Shown piece by piece: positions 1 through 8,261 of a stretch of DNA of 13,160 bases. Position 1 is the stretch's first letter, and the number at the start of each line of letters is the position of its first letter. The notes below the pieces were generated by a model. The model was not told the origin of the DNA. It worked only from the letters and a program-made list of their open reading frames with translations, and searched no databases. Both the position numbers and the translations under genes were made by a program. Source of the stretch: a virus (taxonomy: Duplodnaviria > Heunggongvirae > Uroviricota > Caudoviricetes); the IMG/VR virus record IMGVR_UViG_2711768055_000004, one strand, 5' to 3'.

Positions 1-1236
1 CTACGATAACCGCGCATTCAACATGGCTATCTGTTCGTCGTTCATGTCATCAATCCACATACCGTAAATTTCATACACCATCTGCGCAGTTTCATGCCCC
101 ATTTGGCTGGCTATAAATGCCGGGTTCGCTCCTGCCGTCAACAGCCAGCAGGCAAAAGTATGCCGCGTATGGTACGGATTACGGCGGCGAATACCAGCAC
201 GTTTTACTGCTGCATTCCACCTTGCCCCCAAACTGCTTACCGAGTAATAAGGTTTTTGTTTTCCGTTACACACCCTGGGCATGAAAACAAAATGCAGTTT
301 TTGCTTTTCGGTTCTGCCGTACTCCCGATGATAAAAGGTGATTTCGCTTTTGCGATGATGCCCGGTCAGTTTGTATTGCTCCTTCAGTGCTTCAAGAGCA
401 GGCTGCAGTAGTGTTACTGTTCGGATCCCGGCATTTGTTTTTGGGGGACCGAACATATCAAGTATCGTCAGGTTTCTTCTGACATTCACTATTCCCTTTT
501 CGAGATCCACATCCTCCCACGCCAGAGCTGCCAGTTCCCCGTGACGAAGTCCTGAGTAAACGGCAAATTTCCACAAGTTCTGGCTCTGTCCTTTTTCACT
601 TTCCATTAATGCATTGAATTCTGTTTTAGATAACGGATCAGGCTTTATTCTGTTTCGCTGTAATTTTTTTACTCCTTCAAATGGTTTGGTTGATATAAAT
701 CCCGACTGATACGCAAAACGCAACAGCGAACAGAGCAGGGCGATATAGTTATCAACTGTGCGCACGGTTCTTCCTTTTTTGTTGGATCTTGGATTATCCA
801 GGTAAAGCGTTTCTCCATGCAGCAGTTCATTCCGGTAGTTTAAGATATCGCTATAACGAATATGTGATATCGGGGTACTTTCACAAATTATTATTCTGAG
901 TGTTTTTAATTGTGATTTCGTTTTCTTCATTGTGTTTGTTGTTAACTCTGTCTCTTTAATTTTTGTCCAGATATCACAAAGCTCTCCGAACGTTTTTATG
1001 ACTCTCGTTGTCACCATTTTTGCCCCAGTGCTGGACTGGGGAAAACGTCTTAAATACTCAAATTCACCGGAGTTTATTTCATGAACTATCAGCGCTCTTA
1101 AATTTCCGGCCTTTTTAATATTACTGTTTGTAATCTCCCAGCCTTTTAATGTTTCCCGACATCGTTTTCCTCGAAACATGAACCAGATGCGAATGTATCT
1201 ACCTCTAATCTCGACACCTGTTGGTAATTTAGACAT
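1..1236 (-). CDS. intR: Rac-type prophage integrase (tyrosine recombinase), 411 aa
   Basis: Full-length ORF from the track; stop codon (cta = tag on minus) at 1..3, ATG at 1234..1236. C-terminal tyrosine-recombinase motifs are visible (LRHGELAALAW, HTRHTFACWLL). N-terminus MSKLPTGVEIRGRYIRIWF matches my recollection of K-12 IntR. Confidence 0.93.
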   Translation of the reverse strand: MSKLPTGVEIRGRYIRIWFMFRGKRCRETLKGWEITNSNIKKAGNLRALIVHEINSGEFEYLRRFPQSSTGAKMVTTRVIKTFGELCDIWTKIKETELTTNTMKKTKSQLKTLRIIICESTPISHIRYSDILNYRNELLHGETLYLDNPRSNKKGRTVRTVDNYIALLCSLLRFAYQSGFISTKPFEGVKKLQRNRIKPDPLSKTEFNALMESEKGQSQNLWKFAVYSGLRHGELAALAWEDVDLEKGIVNVRRNLTILDMFGPPKTNAGIRTVTLLQPALEALKEQYKLTGHHRKSEITFYHREYGRTEKQKLHFVFMPRVCNGKQKPYYSVSSLGARWNAAVKRAGIRRRNPYHTRHTFACWLLTAGANPAFIASQMGHETAQMVYEIYGMWIDDMNDEQIAMLNARLS

Positions 1237-1237
1237 A

Positions 1238-1453
1238 TCATGAGTCTTTGATAAACTGATTTATCTTTGGATAGTTGTACCAGATAATCCCTCGTTTGCT
1301 GTCTGGCTTACCTAAAGGAGATACTCGTTTGAAGTGGAAGCCCTCCACCCAACAGTTCTGGCGGTATGCTTCAATTTGTCTGGCCCCCAGACCAGTGCGA
1401 AGCATCAGGCCGTATTCAACCATCCACTCTTCATTAAAGATTACTTGTGCCAT
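1238..1453 (-). CDS. xisR: Excisionase-like protein XisR/YdaQ, 71 aa
   Basis: Track ORF 1238..1477; I place the start at the internal ATG (1451..1453) because GAGGTGA sits 5 nt upstream. Product [35 protein letters not shown]. Its stop lies 1 nt from the intR start, the usual xis-int arrangement. Confidence 0.82.
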   Translation of the reverse strand: MAQVIFNEEWMVEYGLMLRTGLGARQIEAYRQNCWVEGFHFKRVSPLGKPDSKRGIIWYNYPKINQFIKDS

Positions 1454-1531
1454 CGCATCACCTCTGGCAGGCGCCAATGTTAGACTGAAATTGACGCCCG
1501 ATGTTGATTATTAATAATCAGCTATGAAGTT

Positions 1532-1741
1532 TTAATTTGAATACAATGCAATTCTCGAGGACTGAAGTTTCTCGCAATTAAAATTTATCAGTTTTACTTT
1601 CTGCTCTCTGGAAACGCCTGCTTCTTTTTTACCTGAGAGCATTTTTTCGCATTCTGATTTCGTTAGTTTAGATTTTGAATATCTTGTCCAGTTAGTAGGA
1701 GTGCCACCTTCCTTTTCAATAGTGGCGGTAATTTTATACAT
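1532..1741 (-). CDS. ydaC: Rac prophage small protein YdaC, 69 aa
   Basis: Track ORF 1532..1813; start placed at the ATG at 1739..1741 (MYKITATIEKEGG...) preceded by GGAGGTG. This ATG overlaps the last codons of ralR by 8 nt. Confidence 0.75.
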   Translation of the reverse strand: MYKITATIEKEGGTPTNWTRYSKSKLTKSECEKMLSGKKEAGVSREQKVKLINFNCEKLQSSRIALYSN

Positions 1742-1928
1742 GAACACCTCCATTATTATTTCCAGTGGTTCGTTTATTCCATCTTTCGAGTGCTTCTTTT
1801 TCACTTCCACCATAACCGGTTCGGGATTCGCATCCGTTACACTTCGCTCGGTAATATCCTGAAATGGCTTTCACCGTTACTGATGGACAACCACAAAATG
1901 GACATGGTTTAACATTGTCATATCTCAT
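1734..1928 (-). CDS. ralR: RalR, zinc-ribbon restriction-alleviation protein / type I toxin (DNase), 64 aa
   Basis: Track ORF 1734..1967; start placed at ATG 1926..1928 (MRYDNVKPCPFCGCPSV...CNGC...). An alternative ATG at 1940 would add MRKI. Two CxxC pairs indicate a zinc ribbon. Matches recalled K-12 RalR. Confidence 0.82.
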   Translation of the reverse strand: MRYDNVKPCPFCGCPSVTVKAISGYYRAKCNGCESRTGYGGSEKEALERWNKRTTGNNNGGVHV

Positions 1929-1984
1929 AATTTTTCTCATAAAAAATATTTCAAGTTGGCGGTGCATTACACCGCCAGGCTGAA

Positions 1985-2794
1985 TTATTCCTCTGAATTA
2001 TCGATTACACTGTATTCCCCGGTTAATACAGAGGAATCTGCAGGATCGATTGTCAGTGGTTCCTTTTCATCCATTGATACTGCACGCTGGATCTCAATTG
2101 ATACGGGCAAATATTTGAACAGGCGACGAATAGCCGTTTTCTTTGCCATTTCTTCCCAGTGAGTTACCCACGGCCCGTTATTACCAGCTTTACTCAGGCT
2201 GCGCACCAGCTCAATCTGTTTGCGCGTCATAACTTCAAACTGAGTACCTCCGTCTTTCAGTCTTGCGACAGCATAGACGTGGGTAACCGGGGCATCTTCG
2301 TTTTCTCCCGGGCGGTGTATTAACTTTTCATCAAGGCCAAATTCGAAGCTAAACTCGTCACCTTCACGGACAACACGGGCTGACAGGCTGGCGATTTGAC
2401 CAGAACGGCGAGCCAGATCAATCATGCCGCGATAGCCAATGATTAGCTGAACGTTCTTTTTACCGCTCTTTTCGTTTTTATTACCAAAAGGCAGTAAATA
2501 TGCATGACCGAGGGCGCTACCTGGCTCAAGTCCGAGCTGTGAACACTGTACGATCGCACTGACAAAACTCATAGTGTCACAGTTTCCTAACGCCGGAACT
2601 TTACGAATTTCTGTGGTGGCGATACGGATCATACGTTCAGCCGTCATATGGCGTGGAAGAGCTGCTGCCAGTTGCTCTTTCATTGATGGCTGGTTAATAA
2701 AACTAATCACGTCGCTATTTTTAACTGCTGCTGGTGCACGGTTTCCCTGAGTTTTTTGCAGATCGGCTTTTGCGATTGGTGGTTGCTTAGTCAT
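1985..2794 (-). CDS. recT: RecT single-strand annealing recombinase, 269 aa
   Basis: Track ORF 1985..2851; start placed at ATG 2794 ([18 protein letters not shown]...), matching K-12 RecT. The recE stop (2787) overlaps the recT start by 8 nt, the classic recET coupling. Confidence 0.95.
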
Positions 2795-5387
2795 TTGCAT
2801 ATTCCTTAGCCCAGCGGGGCAGTGATAATGTCTTAATAGCTGGCCATTCATCGGTATTCAGGCAGTCAGACAGGGTTCGCAGATTGCGGTGATATTCCTG
2901 TTGACCTGCCAGTTTTGCTTCTTCGCCCATCATGAAAATTTCAACCGGATAACGTCCGCATTCAATAGTTGTGCTGGCAACCAGAAAAACGAAAGTTGGC
3001 TGCACTCCAAACTGTGCTTCATAACCGTCACTGTAGAATGCATCCTGAACGTGATAGCGGTAGTCGTAATAAGCGGTTTTGAATCGTTGAATATCCGCCG
3101 TAGTTTTCACGTCCATGATCCAGTGAAATTCAGGGATAATTTTGTCCGGACGGCACCGACACAAAATTCCTGTTTCAGGATCTTCCCAGTAAATTGATGA
3201 TTCAGCGTGTCCGGCGCTTTCAACAAGCCATTGCCCCAGCGGCAAAGCCATAACGCTTTGATACATGAGTTCAATTTTCCGGCCTTCTTCCGCAGTGATA
3301 ACCGTTTTTCCTGTGCTTGCGCATTCCATCAGAAACGCTTTCTCTTCTTCTTTTCCGGCGTTTGTACGGCGGTTAAATTCAGGTGCTACGATAAAGCGGT
3401 TACTGAATTCTTCCGGTTCAAGTACCCGGCAGTGGAAAGCAGTTCCTAAATCGAGCGTTTTTGTCTTTGTGGTGTCCACGGGGGCATTTTTACGCCACAA
3501 ATATAGTGCCGGAGTATCAGCAATGTCATCGAGCTGAGACTTACTGATACCGGGACCCGCGTGGTAATTCTCATTCGAAATTCCGTAATAAATACCTGGC
3601 TCTATGTCTTCTACGATTACGGGATCTGCGACTTCGCCAGTTTCATCACTGCAATCGCGATGCGGATCGCTGCCAGCATTCTCATTGTGCGGATGTTCAG
3701 CGCCTTCCATTTCCTCCGGATCATTTTCCTTAGCTTCAACCTGACTCTCTTCATCGAATGTTTCCTGGTATGTTGCGTCGCCCATCACCGCACCACAGTC
3801 AGGGCAGTTATCCCCGCCAGTCTGGCCGCAGGCATTGCAGGCTATTTCCGGTTCCTGTTGCACTACTGGCTCAGGTTGATTCATATCTGGGCTGGTTTTT
3901 TCCGTTTCTGGCTGGTTCTGGTACACACAATCGCGAGTCTGGATCCCCTTTACCCATTTCGGATCGTTCGGGTCGCTAATTCCGTCAACAAATTCACCAC
4001 GTGATGCAGCAAGCAATTTATCGTCATCGACAGGATTTTTTGATGGAATGTTTTTCCGGGCTTCATGGAGTTCTGCCCGCAGTTCCTGATATTTCGCATC
4101 AACAGAATTTACCTGTGACTGAGCATCCAGCGGCTGCGTGTCCTGATGATGTTCAGTTGCGTCCGGTTCCATTGTTTCAGCCTCTCCCTGTTCAACTGCC
4201 GTTGTTCCAGATGGTTGCGGTTTTTCTTCATCATCCTGTTTTCCTTCTTCTGTTACTCGCTGCGGCATCGGGGCAGAGGAGCGACCGCAGGCAATATCCA
4301 CGATTTCCGGATCAGGGTTGGCATGATCGGTTTCAGTCAGTACTTTGTTCAGATATTCAGTGACGTGCGCGGGGATGACCTCGATCCCAATTGGTGCTTC
4401 TTTTACGGACGCAACCACGATGGCGCGGGAATAATCCAGCCCGCCAGGCATGGTGATGAATTTGTCGCGGAAAACAGAAAAGGGCGGTTTATTTTCAGCG
4501 ATAATTTCCTCAATGCGTTTAGCGTGTGCCGGATGAAGGTTATAGATGTCCAGATCCATTGAACGGGCCAGTACGCCAGTGGCTACGTCGCGCGCCAGTG
4601 ACGTCAGATCGTGTACGAAACCTTCGCCGCGATCGGTGAGGTTTCCGCCGCCAGCATTAGCACCGGAAGCCGTGCGAGTGATGTGTGAAACACGATTACC
4701 CTTCATCCACTCTTTTGTCAGCAGTCCTCGATCGGTGTAGTCAGCGTTCAGGTATGCTTCGAAAAAAGCAGTTATCAGTCCCAGGTTTGAATTACCAGGA
4801 TTAGGGAAAACTTTGTCAGTGTCACGAACCAGTTTGTGGAGTTCGCGAATTTCCAGCGGGTCGAGCAGGCTGGTTTTGTGGGAAACAGCCAGGGCAGTAA
4901 CAGCCGGTAGTTCTTCAGCCCGAGCAATGTGTAATGCCTGGAGTCCGTCGCGTGAAACGTGCGTTACCGGTTTTTCGCTGCCGTGTTGAGCAAGCCAACG
5001 AATGGGCAGTTCCTGGCCAGAAATTGGGAGTAGCATATTCTCCTCAATCTCAGTCATGTCTTCGCCGTTGACGTTGGTATTGCCTTGATAGTGAGCGTTG
5101 TCTGGTGCTGCTCCCGGTTTTAGTTCCCATGTCATGGAGTCTTTGCTGAGTTGATAGCGTTCACTCCAGGTAAAATCGATCTCACCTTCAGCGGGCAGGT
5201 CATTAACGACAGGAAAATTCGTGGCAACAGCTTTAAAATAGCTGCTCAGTTTTTTACCTGACTTAACGATCAGGTAGTCCAGAGTGGCACAGGTCGATTC
5301 AAAATCGTTGCTTGCCCACAGGACGACGTCAGGTTCACCGGATGATTTTTTCGCTTTCCGTAACAGGAAGAGTGGTTTTGTGCTCAT
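2787..5387 (-). CDS. recE: RecE exonuclease VIII (5'-3' dsDNA exonuclease), 866 aa
   Basis: 866-aa ORF from the track; N-terminus [24 protein letters not shown] and acidic central linker, with the C-terminal nuclease domain, match recalled K-12 RecE. Confidence 0.95.
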
Positions 5388-5458
5388 TGTTTTTTAACCT
5401 CAACTCAGATTAAAATTCGTTTTGTTCAGTGAATGATCTTGCCGGATACACACTGTTC

Positions 5459-5490
5459 ATAGCCTGCGCCATACGCAGGCTATTTCTTTC
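5459..5490 (+). terminator. Perfect 10-bp stem-loop in the racC-recE intergenic region
   Basis: ATAGCCTGCG, loop ccata, CGCAGGCTAT (5459..5483), followed on the plus strand by TTCTTTC. It is terminator-like only in plus-strand sense; on the minus strand it sits 6 nt after the racC stop with no U-tract. Confidence 0.35.
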
Positions 5491-5764
5491 AGATTTCACC
5501 TTTTAATTTCATTGCAATTAGAGTTGCCAGAAATTCGGCTTTTTTTTCTGCGGGCAGATTCTTTCCGATATGCACCAGGCACATTTTTTTGACACCTTCA
5601 TCAAGTGTTTTTACGTTGCCTGATGGACCATCGATATCAACCACAGTGAATGGGGTTTCTTTATTTTCTGTTTTAATTACGTAGCCAATGCGCTTTCCTT
5701 CCAGATTCACCTCGTGAACAATGTCATCGGTAGTTACAACAGTGGCTTCATAATTGGTAATCAT
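5489..5764 (-). CDS. racC: RacC, 91 aa, function unknown
   Basis: Track ORF 5489..5812; start placed at internal ATG 5764 (MITNYEATVVTTDD...) because AAGGAG lies 7 nt upstream; the longer ORF start has no ribosome-binding site. Confidence 0.85.
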   Translation of the reverse strand: MITNYEATVVTTDDIVHEVNLEGKRIGYVIKTENKETPFTVVDIDGPSGNVKTLDEGVKKMCLVHIGKNLPAEKKAEFLATLIAMKLKGEI

Positions 5765-5838
5765 GTTTTTCTCCTTAATTAAGGTTGAGCGAATACCTGC
5801 CATTTCTGGCATAAATTCAGTTTCGAATAGTCAATTAA

Positions 5839-6009
5839 TTAAAGTTCATGTGCCATCTGGTCTTTTTCGGCACAAGCTTCACTGCAATATTTTCTCGGTT
5901 CGTCTTTTGATAAAATCCCGTGCATGAAGTGAAGCATTCTTTCAATAGCTTTGCTTTCTTCAACGTCTTTTTTGCAAAGGTGGTAAGCACATTTTATTTT
6001 CTTAGTCAT
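5839..6009 (-). CDS. ydaE: YdaE, 56-aa zinc-binding protein
   Basis: Not in the ORF track (below size cutoff). Hand translation of the minus strand gives [59 protein letters not shown] (6007..6009) overlaps the kilR stop (6009..6011) as TGATG; stop TAA at 5839..5841. Two Cys pairs suggest zinc binding. Confidence 0.8.
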   Translation of the reverse strand: MTKKIKCAYHLCKKDVEESKAIERMLHFMHGILSKDEPRKYCSEACAEKDQMAHEL

Positions 6010-6230
6010 CACCATGACTCCGCCTTTACAGGTAAACCATCACGACCGAGGAAGACTTTAATCATGCGGTCAGTAATGAATGTTTTTGTGGTCAGGTTAC
6101 GAATATATAGTTTTCGCTTTTTAATATTGTTTGCCGAGGCAATATATGTCCGGCCTTCATGAAGAACATAATCGCCAGGAGTCACACACTGACGTGGTAT
6201 TTCATCAGTTCCGAAGTGATGTGCAATCAT
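6009..6230 (-). CDS. kilR: KilR, FtsZ-targeting cell-division inhibitor, 73 aa
   Basis: Track ORF 6009..6242; start placed at ATG 6228..6230 ([16 protein letters not shown]...) with GGAG 6 nt upstream. Matches recalled K-12 KilR. Confidence 0.85.
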
Positions 6231-6397
6231 AATTATCTCCATTTTTACAAATGAACTTTGTTGATGCGGTGTCTGGTGCCTCCAGGTGACTGCAACCAGT
6301 TAACAATTACAGTCGGCTTTCCCACCCAAACCAATAAGGACTAACATGACTTTTAACTGTGCCACGTGCGCTTAGCCGCATTCACCGCATCACAAAA

Positions 6398-6455
6398 TTC
6401 ACTTTAAAAAGGGCGGACATCAGCCGAACTTCAAGAAAAAAACTGATGCCGCCAG
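6398..6455 (-). terminator. Intrinsic-terminator-like hairpin between sieB and kilR (minus-strand sense)
   Basis: Minus strand reads GGCGGCATCAG, a 19-nt loop, CTGATGTCCGCC, then CTTTTTAAAG: an 11-bp GC-rich stem with one bulge followed by a U-tract. Confidence 0.5.
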
Positions 6456-6671
6456 GACTACACACAGCAATGTCGTTATTTACAACCGGAGGCGCACTCC
6501 CACCATTTAAATTTAACAGACAAGACCGACTCTTTATGGATATCGGAAATGCGCCTTCGTGTTGTGCCCGGTTTTATTTCACCACCTCCGGGCTTCGGTG
6601 GTCTCGGCTATACCCCTACAGCGAGAGCTTGTGTTAACATTTCAATACCCTTACAGTTGAGAGTTATTGAT

Positions 6672-7160
6672 ATGTTGGATGTATTTACTCCATTGTTGAA
6701 ACTTTTTGCTAACGAGCCACTCGAAAGACTTATGTATACGATTATCATTTTTGGTCTCACTCTCTGGCTGATACCGAAAGAGTTTACTGTCGCATTCAAT
6801 GCTTATACTGAAATACCTTGGCTCTTTCAGATTATCGTTTTTGCCTTTTCTTTCGTGGTCGCCATTTCCTTCTCAAGATTGCGAGCACATATTCAAAAGC
6901 ATTATTCATTACTACCAGAGCAACGAGTATTGCTTCGTTTATCTGAGAAAGAAATCGCTGTATTTAAAGATTTCCTTAAAACAGGAAATCTTATTATCAC
7001 TTCTCCTTGCCGTAACCCGGTTATGAAAAAATTAGAACGGAAGGGCATCATTCAACATCAGAGTGATAGCGCAAACTGTTCTTATTATCTCGTCACCGAA
7101 AAATACTCCCATTTTATGAAGTTATTCTGGAACAGCAGGAGTAGACGTTTTAATCGTTAG
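6672..7160 (+). CDS. sieB: SieB superinfection-exclusion membrane protein, 162 aa
   Basis: Track ORF 6549..7160; start placed at ATG 6672 (MLDVFTPLLKLFANEPLERLMYTIIIFGLTLWLIPK...) with GAGAG upstream; the hydrophobic N-terminal half fits a membrane protein. Confidence 0.85.
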   Translation: MLDVFTPLLKLFANEPLERLMYTIIIFGLTLWLIPKEFTVAFNAYTEIPWLFQIIVFAFSFVVAISFSRLRAHIQKHYSLLPEQRVLLRLSEKEIAVFKDFLKTGNLIITSPCRNPVMKKLERKGIIQHQSDSANCSYYLVTEKYSHFMKLFWNSRSRRFNR

Positions 7161-7312
7161 CTTACTGTGTGCTTCTCCAACCATCGGCGCGCACCAGTTT
7201 CGGTTTTAAATGTTTTGCTTTTGGTATACGTCATGGCAGTGAACGTTCCATCCTGGTTGGGGAACACGCCGCACACCAGGGATTCGTTGTTGCCGAGGTC
7301 GATTTTTTGCAT
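7157..7312 (-). CDS. ydaF: YdaF, 51-aa small protein
   Basis: Not in the ORF track. Hand translation gives MQKIDLGNNESLVCGVFPNQDGTFTAMTYTKSKTFKTETGARRWLEKHTVS. Its stop (7157..7159) overlaps the convergent sieB stop (7158..7160). The ribosome-binding site is weak. Confidence 0.65.
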   Translation of the reverse strand: MQKIDLGNNESLVCGVFPNQDGTFTAMTYTKSKTFKTETGARRWLEKHTVS

Positions 7313-7322
7313 TTTGCGAATC

Positions 7323-7457
7323 TCACATCTTGTTGCTACGTATAGCGACTTCTGCCTGCCAGAGATCCCAGTCGTTGCTGCGTAAAGCCTGCACAGCCTG
7401 GTTGTAAGTGATACCGCAACAATCCATCAAATACTGAACTACTTCGTAATGCACCAT
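7323..7457 (-). CDS. ydaG: YdaG, 44-aa small protein
   Basis: Not in the ORF track. Hand translation, checked codon by codon, gives MVHYEVVQYLMDCCGITYNQAVQALRSNDWDLWQAEVAIRSNKM. A strong AAGGGGAGAG ribosome-binding site precedes the ATG at 7455..7457. Confidence 0.7.
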   Translation of the reverse strand: MVHYEVVQYLMDCCGITYNQAVQALRSNDWDLWQAEVAIRSNKM

Positions 7458-7619
7458 CTTATCTCTCCCCTTAACGCCGGGTGGCGGAACTAACTGCTGC
7501 ACTGCAAAATTTGAATCCCGCCGTCATGTTCATACGCCTCGGGCTGGCTACTTAACCCCTTACCACTGCCTGGTAACTCGAAGTATTGCCCGGCGTTCTG
7601 TGGGGCGGGGTGGGTGGTA

Positions 7620-7700
7620 TGCTGGAACTATAGGTAATGCCTAATTGATTGTCAATAGGCTATGCCTAATGTTTTGAGCGTAACCTAATAGGTGATGGCG
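7620..7700 (-). promoter_or_regulatory. OL-like operator/promoter upstream of ydaG (leftward)
   Basis: Read on the minus strand: ATTAGGCA (7670..7663), TTGACA (7655..7650), ATTAGGCA (7645..7638), TATAGT (7632..7627), with a 17-nt spacer. This closely mirrors the OR-like module. Confidence 0.5.
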
Positions 7701-7725
7701 ACAGCAGAAAGTGATGGGGGGGTTA

Positions 7726-7751
7726 AATAACGGAATCCAGGAGTTTTCCGT
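7726..7751 (-). terminator. Weak hairpin plus U-rich tail just downstream of the racR stop
   Basis: ACGGAA, 10-nt loop, TTCCGT (7730..7751), followed on the minus strand by UAUUUAA and then a C-run. The stem is short and the call is tentative. Confidence 0.25.
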
Positions 7752-7765
7752 CAGACCATATAAGT

Positions 7766-8242
7766 TTAAGTTCCAGTTTTTGTGATGTTCTGGCTTTTCC
7801 GTTCAGATTCAAGAGCTTTCAGATACTTACCCACTTTCATTTCCATCGCTGCTATGTAGGCGCGAACATCGTGGTCAACCCAATCTGGTTCTGTAGCATT
7901 TCCAGATAACAGGAAAGCTACAATCGCTCTTATTTCATCAGAGGCTGCTTGATAAAGGTTGTTTATATCTAAAAGTTCACTTTTTGTATCTGAATTGGTG
8001 GGGGTTGGTATGGGGTATTCGTTAAGCCCCCAATGCTCTGGACCAACAACATCAGAAAAGAAACGCCATAATTCTGGAAGTTTATCTTTACTTATAGAGC
8101 CTTTCTTAATCCAGTCATAAATTGATGGTGGTTGGACTTTAAAGTGGCGTGCGACCTCCGCCTTTGATTTGACGGATCCCGATGCGATTTTTTTGTTAAT
8201 GGCCTGCTCTATCGCTCGGCCTAAGTCTTTACCACTAAGCAT
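7766..8242 (-). CDS. racR: RacR, prophage repressor (HTH), 158 aa
   Basis: Track ORF; AGGAG 11 nt upstream of the ATG; helix-turn-helix-like segment KAEVARHFKVQPPSIYDWIKKG. Divergent from ydaS across an operator-rich intergenic region. Confidence 0.9.
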   Translation of the reverse strand: MLSGKDLGRAIEQAINKKIASGSVKSKAEVARHFKVQPPSIYDWIKKGSISKDKLPELWRFFSDVVGPEHWGLNEYPIPTPTNSDTKSELLDINNLYQAASDEIRAIVAFLLSGNATEPDWVDHDVRAYIAAMEMKVGKYLKALESERKSQNITKTGT

Positions 8243-8261
8243 TGCTTAATATTCTCCTATG

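Noticed and set aside
94-411. 105-aa plus-strand ORF inside intR
   Set aside because: Antisense to the integrase gene, no recognisable motifs; spurious.
1958-1976. Hairpin after recT as an intrinsic terminator
   Set aside because: The 7-bp stem is followed by a U-run only after an 11-nt gap on the minus strand, so it is not a canonical terminator; mentioned only as a possible ralR-associated element.
2889-4740. Run of plus-strand ORFs (102, 80, 90, 147, 73, 120, 138, 64 aa) inside recE
   Set aside because: All are antisense to the well-supported 866-aa recE ORF, have no ribosome-binding sites and show low-complexity or odd composition; they look like frame shadows of the recE sequence.
6359-6637. 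92-aa plus-strand ORF (GTG start) in the kilR-sieB intergenic region
   Set aside because: Runs across the terminator-like hairpin, has no ribosome-binding site and an atypical composition; more likely non-coding regulatory DNA.
6549-6671. N-terminal extension of sieB to 203 aa
   Set aside because: The upstream start has no ribosome-binding site and the extension is not part of SieB as I recall it; ATG at 6672 preferred.
7167-7385. 72-aa plus-strand ORF (GTG start)
   Set aside because: Lies antisense to ydaF and ydaG, which translate into plausible small proteins with ribosome-binding sites.
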